From assembly GCA_905178155.1 (NCBI GenBank), contig CAJINV010000011.1, forward strand, positions 3,313,077-3,377,076: a stretch of DNA of 64,000 nucleotides, in the 5' to 3' direction. The first letter of the stretch is position 1. Each line of letters starts with the position of its first letter. Shown here piece after piece: positions 1-10,422 of the stretch. The notes beneath the pieces were generated by a model that saw only the letters and a program-made list of their open reading frames with translations, did no database searches and was not told the origin of the DNA. Made by a program: the position numbers and the translations under genes. Source of the stretch: Amoebophrya sp. A120 (taxonomy: Eukaryota; Protista; Dinoflagellata).

Positions 1-144
1 GACATAACGAAAGATGCCCAGGCTAGCTGCGCACTGAATTTTGACGCGTTCTTGTCGACCCGCGGCTGCGGTGCGCCCAGAGGAACCAACCCTGAGGGGG
101 TCGTGGGCATGATGGGACACGTCTGAAGACGGGAAACTGAATCA

Positions 145-777
145 GTGTTGACCAAACCCATCGTGGTGCCTCCGGCATTGAAAATCCCCGGTCCGGAGGA
201 CAGACACCACAACCCCTTGAAAAATCGCGCGGACCGCGAGAATTTCCGGGACGGGGTGCGCAAGTGGTCGCGGAGGGCCTTGCTTGCAACGATGTTTTCC
301 AAGATGTTCCACCACGGTGCGCGGCATCATGGCGCGATTACTAACCAGGCACAGCCCGAGCTGCCTGCCCTGAAAAACTCCAACGCGGCGCCGGTAACAA
401 CGCCGCCGCTTCCGGCCTTTTCGAAGTATGGATTGTAAAAATGTCTGGGTCTGGAAACTTGTGATGCTGCGTTGGGAATAGTGAATGCTCTGTAATGCAC
501 AGCCAAGCATGGCGGGAAACATCTGCGCTTTTTTGTGTTGCGTTTTTCACATGATTGCATGACAGGCAAAAGGGTCTCTTCTTGGACACGCATCACAAAC
601 GTTTTGGTCATCCCAGACAAGCATGACAAATCTCGCAGTCTTCCAGACCCAGACACTTTTGCATCTGATACGAAAGAGGCGAACGCAATTCGGAAGCCGG
701 GGATCCCGCGGGGCCGCGGAGGCCCCGCACTTTCTTCGGCCGTCGTGGATTTTGCGTTGCGACGGAGCGGACCTTGA
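145..777 (+). CDS. 3' part of an unknown gene, one introner (427-670); 5' end unresolved
   Basis: Removing the element plus 5 bp joins ORF 145.. (PAFSK) to ORF ..777 (EANAIRKPG...RSGP*). Confidence 0.4.
427..670. mobile_element. Introner family A (TIR TATNNNNTGYAAAAATGTCTGGGTCTGGAA)
   Basis: TIRs at both ends; direct repeat CGAAG/CGAAA. Confidence 0.9.
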
Positions 778-1659
778 GCACGAGGTTTCGTCGTTTTTTT
801 ACTTTATAACTCGAGCTCGTCTTTGAAAATGTAGACTCACTCTTGAACGTTTACCTGCGCGTATGGGAAGAAATTTCCTTCGGAAAAAAACACCAGTTTT
901 AACAGAGCTGCCCACCGAATTTGTTTATTTTCCCGGACGGCGCTATCGCTAATCAGTGCCGATGTCCGATCTGTTTTCATGTATTGAAGATGACTTCTAT
1001 CTTGCAGATGGCAGCAAAATGAACATTCCCTAGCCCATCCACCTTGTCTGCGAAAGTAAAGCGATGTGAAGACCCTCAGATGAAAAACAACTACCCGGTC
1101 ACGGTTTCTTACTGCATGCCAGAAATGAAGAAATTCCTTCTATTAATTTAAGTACCGATGTCGTCGCCTCCTCGGCTTTTGGACTTCGAGCTCCCAGATA
1201 ACTAGGCGGCCGGAATTTTGCTCTCGGCTCCGTGTTCGATTCTTGTTGACATATTGCAGCTGGAACTACAGAGAAAATAGGTTTTTCTTCGCTTAGCATC
1301 CTCGTGTTATTTCGTGGTCGCTCTTCTTTTGTTGTTGGTACTGAAAATGGTCGATATAATCCGCGCTCCTGTCGAAGCAAAGGGAAAAACTGGTCGCTGG
1401 TCGTTTTTCGAATTTCGCGGAAAGGTCGTTCTCGGAGGCAAAGTCGTTTTCTGGCACTCGTAAGAAAAGAACTTCTCGACTCGCTTCTGGATTGGGATCG
1501 CATTGATGTGGATATCTTATGCACGGTACATCGTCACGTTCACACAGTTTCAGTTACAGTATCTATATATGTTGAGGACTTCTGAGCAGAACCGAGCATA
1601 TAGTATAGTTTCAGTTTGTACTATGTCCTCTTCCCAAGAAACTTGTTGACCACACAAGA

Positions 1660-4600
1660 ATGGTAGACCCCGTCGCGTTGGGTGACTTTTATCGTCGGCT
1701 CGGTACGTTTATCAAATGTAAAAATGTCTGGGTCTGGAAGGGTTGGAACTTGTGATGCAAACTCTGGAACACACACAAATTTGTGTTGCATGAGCGCCAA
1801 AAGCTGTCCACTTCTTGGCACGCAAGTAGGAAGTTTCTCATGCGGGAGACGCATCATGAGGCGTGCTCAAAGCCTGTGATGCTTTTGCCTGCATCAGACG
1901 CCATTTGCGTGATCCGAAATATGCATGACAAATCTCGCAATCTTCCAGACCCAGACATTTTTACATTTGATAACCTTCTCCGTGATGGCGGAGGACGCGG
2001 GCATCACGGGGCGCAACGTCGACTTTCAAAAGGGCCTGCGGACCTGGCTCAACGAGTACCAGAAAACGAAGCAGGATCTGTCCTCCCAGGCAGAAGCAGC
2101 GTTCAGCAGTATCAAAAGCGGCACGAACTCGGTGTATCACGCCGCGAAAGTGAAGGACAAACACGTGGCTATCAAAAGGAAAAATCCCCCCTTCCCATAT
2201 CAAAACGCAACTTCTGATGCTGGATTTGGATACACATATCAAATTTGTGTTGCAGTAGAGGAATGCACGCAGCTCCTGAGCCTAGGCTGGGGCCTTTTGG
2301 TGTAGGCGCCTGGAATGGTAGACGGCTACTCTGGAGGCCTTACAGCATTACAAATCGCCTGCATAACGTGGCGAACAGGCTGAGCGTGCCGCCTTGCAAG
2401 ACAGACCCGATTCGTGGCCACAAATCTGCGCCGCAAATTTTCAGAAGGGTGCGCTTTCAATATGGGGAGGGGGGATTATTCCTCGCAATAGTGGCAAAGC
2501 TGCGGAGGAACCGGGGTTTCGAGGACGTTGTGACGGGGTCGACCACCCTCGGACAGGTGTTATCGCGCACCTTGCAGCATCTGGGCAGTCTGCAGCGCGG
2601 GTTTCTGCGGCTCGCGCAAGAGTCTTTGTACGGGGCCACCAGCAGTTCGCACGGCACGGTATCAAGTGCAAATATGTCTGGGTCTGGAAGGCTGCAACGT
2701 TTGGCATGCTTGTCTGAAATGACTGCAGAGTTTGTGATTCGTGTCCAAAAACAGACCCTTTCTCTTGTCATGCAAAAACGCTGGCTGTTATGCAGAAAGC
2801 GCAACAGTAACCCGCGCAAAAATTTGTCATGCGAGACCGTGTATTACGGAGCATTCACTATAATTCACGACTCAGCTGCATTACAAGTTTATTCAAGACC
2901 CAGACAGCATATTTGCAATCCATACACGGGGTTTTCTTTCGAACAAAGTCTTCTTGACGGAGAAAGCAAGGGCGGCGCGACAAGTGGAACTACCCTAATG
3001 CCAAAAACCACGTTGCATGCCAACGGGCACGCGTGCAAGTGCGCGGGGCCCTGCGGCCAGCACCAGGGCGCGCCTTTCAACTGGTGCGTGGTGGAGCCGG
3101 AATCCACGTGTGACCAGGCGCTGAAGGGTATTCTGAGTAAAACCGTCCCCACGACCCGCCCAGAGTCAAGATGGAAAATCTGCGTCGACGAATCTACAAA
3201 CTTTGGTTGTTGCGCATGACAAGTTTATTTCGCCTCGCAGTGTAGTAGTGTTCTTTAGCTAGTTCGGCAGCGTCACAGATCTAGCGTCTTATGCTGATGA
3301 GAGTGTCACAAATTCCGAATGATCACAACGTAGAAATAAATGCTTCTCATGGGGCTCCGCATGAGAAACTACATCGCAAGCATGTAGATTTGCCTGATAA
3401 GTACTTCTGGGGAGTTGGTGACGTTTTTACACACGATAAAGGGCAACACGGCACTGGACGTGACGCTGCGGGACCACTTTTTGGCAATGCCCGCGGATAA
3501 GAAAGACAAGAGGTTCACCTGGGACTACTGCGTGCCGCCCTTGGACCCGCTGAGAAAACCGGGCGTGGTGAAGACGACGCACGTATTGTGAGGAAAAATC
3601 TCCCCTCCCCATAACGAAAAGGAAATTTGTGATGCTGATTTGTGACCACAAACCAGCTTTGTCTTGTGTACAAGGCAAACTGCACCCATCTGGCGCATTC
3701 TACAGCCATTCTGTCATGCGTTTTTGCCTATGTCAGGCTTGTTTCTCATGCGCAGCCGCTAGGTACTAGCCGGATGCGTACCGAAATGGTCTACTCAGAA
3801 TACAACTTATGCCGACAAGCTCTTGCTGCGATACAAAGTTCATTGGTGTACACAATTCCAGCAACACAAGTTGGCTTTTGAGTATGGGGTCGTGGGGGCT
3901 TTTTTCACTTTCATAGCACGGGTGCGAGTGCGCGTACTCCCCGGAAATCTTGGAGAAGTACAACGCGGTGGCGCGCCCCGACCTTTTCGACGGCGCCAAT
4001 GACGTCGAGGGCACACTATCCTATGTAAAAACGTCCCCACACCATAGTCAAGATGGGAAGTCTGCAACACAACTCCCCATGTTTTGGGGGTTCTGCATGT
4101 TGACAAGTTCCCATCTGCAGTGTAGTACTGGCTGGCAAGGAAAGCCGCATGACAAAGCCATTTTCTCGTCCTGTTTACAGCATTACAAATTCCAAAACAC
4201 GACTGGAAATGCCTCTCATGGAAGTGCGCATTACAAATCTTCCTGTCATTGCACATTTGCAGGACAACTCTGGGATGGGGACGTTTTTACACAGGATACA
4301 CACGAGGACACAACGGTAGAAGTTCGAAGGGACCACTCCTGCAGCTTTCGAAAGTGCCCCTGCGCGACCGCGTCACGCTGCAACTGATGGCGCCGCCGCG
4401 GTACGGACTGAGGGGGAATCGAGACCAGTATAGTGGGACTTCCCACGGCGGGGACACAAGTTTGGATTTTTCGCGCGAAAACCTCTGCGTGCCCCTGGCC
4501 CGCGACGGGGGCGCCAGCTGGGCGGCCTGTCCCGTGAATCGCCACACCTGCAACATCCGGAACGGCTTCACCTGGGATTACTGTGTGGACACCGGCGTGA

Positions 4601-4752
4601 ATGGAAAGCCGGCCGAGCAACAAGCAGGTGATGCCAAGGCCGCGCTCGCTGCGCGGGATAGTGCCCTGAGGCCCCGTGACAGCGGTGCTGTGGCGACAGC
4701 CGCATCGGAATTGCAACAGTTGAAGGATCGAATTCCAACAGCAGCATCGTAA
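1660..4752 (+). CDS. Unknown protein with Cys-rich WC..C..FTWDYC modules; 7 exons, 6 introners
   Basis: ATG 1660 (MVDPVALGDFYRRLG|TFSV). Removing six elements plus 5 bp each gives one open frame to TAA 4752; FTWDYC occurs twice. Confidence 0.8.
1710..1972. mobile_element. Introner family A
   Basis: Perfect 31-bp TIR TATCAAATGTAAAAATGTCTGGGTCTGGAAG; DR ACGTT/ACCTT. Confidence 0.95.
2170..2490. mobile_element. Introner family B (TIR TATCAAAAGGAAAAATCCCCCCTCCCCATA)
   Basis: TIRs; perfect DR GTGGC. Confidence 0.95.
2660..2924. mobile_element. Introner family A, reverse orientation relative to 427-670
   Basis: TIRs; perfect DR CACGG. Confidence 0.95.
3129..3438. mobile_element. Introner family C (TIR TATCCTGWGTAAAAACGTCCCCAC)
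   Basis: TIRs; perfect DR AAGGG. Confidence 0.95.
3584..3915. mobile_element. Introner family B/D
   Basis: Imperfect TIRs; perfect DR GCACG. Confidence 0.9.
4017..4298. mobile_element. Introner family C
   Basis: TIRs; perfect DR CACAC. Confidence 0.95.
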
Positions 4753-5497
4753 ATTGATTCTTCACAGGTGAACTCTATAAAGAAATTTACGATGTTCACC
4801 AAAATATGATGAAGCGAAGGTTCATGTTGCTGAACACTGAAAGATGAAGGGCAAACTAGTACGCAGATGATTCTAATACTAGTGGATGCTTACATCTTTT
4901 TTGGGGCAGTTACAGTATTGTGACTAAAATAAACTCAAGATTTTTTAACGCGTTGGAATACGACAATGATCGCAGCGAAGAAAAGAGCCCGTATCCACCA
5001 GTTGTGGCGAAACGGTCGCTCCCGCAGGCAAGAGAGTACTATATTCAGATCCGGAACCACTTTCTCGTTCTTATCGAGATCGCTTTGTGACGAAGAACAA
5101 TGTGACCACAATCAGAAATTCGATCGAGAAGCAGCTGCAAAAAAACATTAACCTGAAGTAAGAAAAATTTGAACAAGTCGCAGATCCCGCCACGACCAGT
5201 ACTAGATCTCGCGAAATTGTGATCCAAGCTTTGTGACGATCGAAGATTTGTTTGGGATCACGAAAAAGTTCTTGTTCAGAGGAGATCAAGACATTTTCAT
5301 TTTGCAACCAGCTTGGATACTTACTCTGACCGTATGACAACATTTGAGCACAGGGGAGAAATGGCGCCCGGATCATGAGAATTTTTTATGTCGAACTCAA
5401 AACAAAGATCAGTTGTAAAAATCGTATTAACTCGTGAAGACGCAATTGAGAAATCACAGACACGCACTGTAGGAAAACTTCGAGAATTACAAAAATT

Positions 5498-8400
5498 ATG
5501 TTGCCCGCCCGGCAGGAGCAGCAGTGCGAGGAGGTCCAGGAACAGGCGAAAATGAGCGCCGCGTCAGCAGGCAGCAATGGTTCTTCGGAGCAAGCAGTCA
5601 TGTCCAGTAGGAGCAACTTGAATGCAAATCCTACTTCATCTAAGACAACTGTATCTGCTCCAGTACATCAACTACCCGGTGCAGCAGCAGCCCCCGCTGC
5701 ACAGGAATGCGTAGTAGAGCAAGCCCCCGTGGCGGCCGCGCGCGGAGACGTGGAGCAGCGGCTGGGTACGCTGCAGAAGAGCTTGCGTTTGTTGGGCGTG
5801 GCGGTGGCGAAGAGTCGGGTGCAACTGTGGAAGACGACGCTGAAGCCGTTTGTCCTCAAGTACGGAAAGGTAAACCCGGTAATGGACTACCCGGGCAAGC
5901 AAGACGTGAAACTGTTGCTTTTGAACTTCTCGCACGTGGGAGAATTCGTCGACATATGCAGGAGTGCAAATAATGTGCTTTGCGTCCTCTGGAAGAGCGC
6001 AATATTGGCTTGTTAGCAGTTTTTCGAAGCTCCGCAAGCGCAAGTCATCTGAAATACAGGGCTTAGCTGCATCACAGGCTGCTGATTTACTGCCCCTGGC
6101 GCGATGCCGATTCTGCATGAGAAGCCGTCTCTTTGCATTGTCAGCAGTTCTTGGCATGATCTTTCGCAAGTCATGCAAGACAGATTTTTTTGCGAGGCGC
6201 ATTGCGCATCACAAGTTAATATTGCATCTTTCGAGATGACCCAGACACATAATTATTTGCAGTGGATAACACACCCTGAAAGACGCGAAGAAGAGCGGGA
6301 CCGTGAAGCGACGGGAAGTTTTACTGGAACAGCTGGAACGCCAACAAGGTGTAGCCCCGCCGTCCTCCACAACGCCCGGCGATCCAGAAGAGCCAGTTGG
6401 TGGTGCTTCAGAGGCCGGGCAGGAGCTCCAAGTCGGTGCGCAGCTGTGCCTTTTCGAGGACCAGAAACTGGTGGAGAGTTCTGGTCGTCCTTCTGAGCAG
6501 AACGCGTCAACACTTTTACCTCCTGCCTCATCCGTCAGCACACTGCACAGCGTGGTGTACAGTGTGCCCTACGCCCGTCTCACCGCGGAGGAGGCACTCA
6601 GGATGGTCCTCCCCACCGACGTGACCGCGCCGTCGTCGTTCGAGACCGTGGGGCATTTGGCGCACCTGAACCTGCGCGACGAGCAGCTGCCGTGGAAGTT
6701 CCTGATCGGGAAAATTCTGCTGGACAAAAACCCCAGTCTGCGGTCCGTGTACACCAAGGTCGGCACGCTGAAGAACGAGTTCCGTACCTTCGAGATGGAG
6801 TTGCTGCTATGCATGGCAAATATGTGGTCTGAGTAGTAGTTTGGAACGCTGCTGCAACTTGTCATGCTAAGTCGGGAAAAATGTGCAAAAATCTGTATTG
6901 CATAAAGTAACTACTTACCAAAAGTTGTCCACTTCATTTTGACCAAGTTGAGAGGGAGTTTCATCTCATGCAGGGTTATTATCATGATAGATAAAAAAAA
7001 ATCGCCGAACGCGAACCTGTCATGTTGTCAGGTCCTCCTGTATGCCACACCTCAAGGATCAAGATGGAAAATCTGCATGACAAGTCTTGCAATCTCCCAG
7101 CAGACCCACATCGATATTTGCATTGGATAGATGGCCGGGGAGGACGACAGCCACTGCCTTTTGAAAGAGGATGGGTTGAAGCTCTCGCTGGATTTCAAAA
7201 AGGTGTACTGGAATAGCCGCCTCAGCCAGGAAAGGCACGTCTTGCTGAAGAATTTGATAGACTTGCACGCGATGAAAGAGGCTACTAGTACAACTACACA
7301 GACTGGTCCTGCTTCTGCTGCTACCACAAGAACTTCTGCCTCCCCTGAAGCGGCCGGAAGTGGTAAGGTTCGTACAGCAGGATCAAATACTTCTAGTACC
7401 TGCTCCAAGATGAACAAGGTCGCCCTGCTCGACCTGTTTGCGGGGATCGGTGGGTTCGCGCTCATGGCGGCGCGGAAGAAGATTCCCGTCTTCGCGAACG
7501 ACCTGAATCCTGAGTCCACCAAGTGGATGGAGGTGAATGTGGAACAAAATCTCGTCGGGGCGAACTTCCAAACAAACTTCGCGATCGCGAATTTGGACGC
7601 CCGGGACTTTGTCAGCACGCTGTTCTCAACAACAACATCCAGCAAAGGGAGTGGAAGTGGAAGTCGGAAGGCTTCTACTGCTGATAACGACAAGCGACCA
7701 GAATCTTCTGAGCGAGTTGAAGAAACTAGAGGGGCCTCCGAAGATCATCCACGAGGCCACGAGGTCCGAATGGTCCGTTCCAGCACCGTCGGGCAAGGTC
7801 AACAACTACATCAAGCCTCTGGTACTAGTAAAAACAATCTTAGCACAAGCACCAGCAGCGGTCGTGACGCAGGTGGGAGTGGTAGTTCAGCTTCTTGGCG
7901 GTCGGTGCTTGACACTGTCGACACTTTGTTTGTGGTGATGAACCTCCCCGAACTTGCTCTGGACTTTCTCGATGTTTTCGTGGGCGTGCTGTGGGAGAGT
8001 ACGGGATCAGCATCTTCCTGTGAGGGAGAAGAGCAAGAGCATGCGGAATTAATCGAGCAGACGTACCACATTGAAAAGTGGTCGTGCCCCTACCGTCCCA
8101 GAACTTCTACTTGGAAGCGTTTGTTGTACTACTGCAAAACTAAACTTTATGTTGATAATGCTATTAGAAACACTTGCACTTCGCATCTTCATCCACGTAT
8201 CAGCAGTATAAATTTTCAATGGGGATGAATAGCGAAAGTCAAAATTTGTGTTGCAAAACGGCCCAGCAATCACAGTGCCGCTTTTCATGCCAACACCGAC
8301 GCTCTACTACACGAGTAGAGCGTGGATCGGGCATACTCGTAGTACTTTCACTGAGGTAGTAGCTTTCCATTTGGAAACTTTGCATCAGAAAGACATATCT

Positions 8401-9149
8401 TCCATTTCTGGAGCGGGTATGATAGGGCACTTCTTTTCAGCGTGATAGGACGAAGAGTAATATCAAGCGCGTGAACATCAACTGCCACTGCTTTGCCTCG
8501 AAAGAAAATTACGCGGAGGAGATCAAGCAACGGGTCCGCAAAGTTTTGAGTGCCGCGCCGAAGGAGTCTGTTGATGATTTTGTCGACACCAAGATGCAAA
8601 TCCGGGAGGTGCGGAACATTGCGCCGAAGAAAAACATGTATTGCGTCGTCGGAGACTTGCCGGTCGAAATTCTCCGCTGTCGTGTATGCGTTGCAAATAG
8701 AAGGTCGACGTTGTAGCACCTGGGTCTGAGGATACTCTTCAGAATCTGATCATGCGTGATTGAGTCCACCTTTATTTGTGACGCCACTTGTATCTGCACT
8801 ACTTGTGTTAGTGTTTAAGAACAAAGCTCGAACATGCGATGGAATGACCACACAAAAAATAAATTTTATTGCTTCCTGGGACGAGTGGAAGTGAGCTACT
8901 TCTGCACGAGGTGTAGACGTTTATAGCATGCTATCGCACGAACACCCCTATTTTTGATGACTTTGACAAAAATCTGCAGAACATCACGAGATTTTTCCAG
9001 ACCCAGGGTCTGCAATGAATATTTGCAATGCATACAAGAAGAAGTCGCAGGCGAGACTTGAGCAGCCGACGGGTAGTGCCGAGGAGGACAAAAGGATGAA
9101 TGGCCTTCAAAAAGAAGAACCTGCTTCGAAGAGACAGCGAAGTTCGTAA
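5498..9149 (+). CDS. TRM5: tRNA (guanine37-N1)-methyltransferase Trm5; 5 exons, 4 introners
   Basis: Motifs SSFETVGHLAHLNLR, ILLDKNP, FRTFEMELL|AGE, FKKVYWNSRL, DLFAGIGGF, ANDLNP, VMNLP, VRNIAPKKNMYC assemble in frame; stop 9147-9149. Confidence 0.93.
5955..6268. mobile_element. Degenerate family A introner
   Basis: Decayed TIRs; DR CGACA/ACACA; removal restores the frame. Confidence 0.8.
6808..7129. mobile_element. Degenerate family A introner
   Basis: DR GCTGC/GATGG; removal gives ELL|AGE. Confidence 0.85.
8064..8447. mobile_element. Introner family D (TAYCAC..TGAAAA..TGCCCC)
   Basis: TACCACATTGAAAAG ... CTTTTCAGCGTGATA; DR AGACG/GGACG. Confidence 0.8.
8685..9034. mobile_element. Degenerate family A introner now bounded by GT-AG (intron 8684-9038)
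   Basis: TATGCGTTGCAAATA ... TATTTGCAATGCATA; DR lost (TCGTG/CAAGA). Confidence 0.8.
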
Positions 9150-10422
9150 GGCGATGGTCCGTTCTGTACGTACTACAAACATGCTGATGATCACCGATTT
9201 CTTCTAGTTTGACGATTCCCACTACAACCCGAAAGATAGGAACAACGGCGCAATCGGCGACAAAGAAAGTAGAACTCGCACAAAAACAAGGAAAAGGTCC
9301 TATTGTATGAAACAACACACGACAGCCATTTTTTTTTTACGTCATTTGATTGCGACGACAACCTGCAGCACGCTTGCCCCCAGTGTTGTAGTGAGATGAT
9401 CACAAAAATCATTATCACGATCAGGATCATCTATCACATGCTCCAGAAACCAGCGAACTCACATGCACCATCTCGCAACGGCCTATGCTGTGGCCTTTTA
9501 GAAGTTTTCGCTTCACTATCACTGTCGCTGTTCGTCGCATTTTAAAAACAAAGTCGTGGTCGGCTGGTTTTGGCAAGAACAAAACGTAGTATGTTTGCAT
9601 CGGGGCGAAGAACGCCTCGAAATTCATTTTCGGTCGCGCCTGGCTACTTATTTTTCTTATTTTTTCTAGAAAATGATGAAAAAATCCAAATCGGTTTAAT
9701 CTGGTGCAACGCTGCTCGCTTTCGATTGAGGTCTTACAAGCTTCGAAGTGTCGGTTTGTGGCTGGCTTGGGTGCTTATATCTCGCGCGCCCGCTGCAAAA
9801 ATTTCTATCTGCGAGTCTTCGGTGCTGAAACATCGGCTGGAATAAAGTCGGTCCACTGGTGTCGCAACATAACATAGAACCCTCCGTTGACGTACTCGTA
9901 AATGATTTTGACTGTTCCACGAGAGTACTCGAATAAACTTCAGGTCGGTCACGGTCTCGGTGCAGCGATATCACCACCTATTATAAATATGATTGTGCTT
10001 ACTTTTTAAACTTCCGTGTCAGGAACTACTACTTTGTCAACTATTGTGCCGCGGCAAGAGCTGGTACTGCCGCTCCGTTTCTTTTCCCACTATTGAACAT
10101 CAAAACCTCATTTCGTTAAACTAAGTACTCTCGGAGGCCACGCCTGTCTGAACGGAAGATGCGATTCAATTAGAAACAATTGCATTTTCAACAAGACCAA
10201 ACTTGCAACTCCACTGGATTTCTCGCGCAGATTCCCGAATAAAATATGCCATGTATTAGAAGAGGAAAAATAGAGAAAGAAGTATGTTCCCGGGGCGGGA
10301 AACTGCCCCCGCCGCTTTGCAAGAGGGGACGCCCTGGGTTGGGTTTCTATACGTGGGTTGGAAGAACGGGCCCCCTCTTCGCCGCGAGCCAGTCGCTTGG
10401 GGGTTGGGTTTCTATACCGACG

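Noticed and set aside
327-656. Recurrent small ORFs with MSGSGR, FQTQTFLHLI or KRKNPPSPY peptides as a protein family
   Set aside because: They are translations of introner TIRs
1710-1972. Tc1/mariner-type TA target duplication for the introners
   Set aside because: A TA-only join happens to stay open here, but perfect 5-bp flanking repeats and protein motifs at the other elements require TA to be part of the TIR
5498-9149. Interrupted genes as transposon-killed pseudogenes
   Set aside because: Reconstructed frames have no stops or frameshifts and keep catalytic motifs even where the elements are heavily decayed
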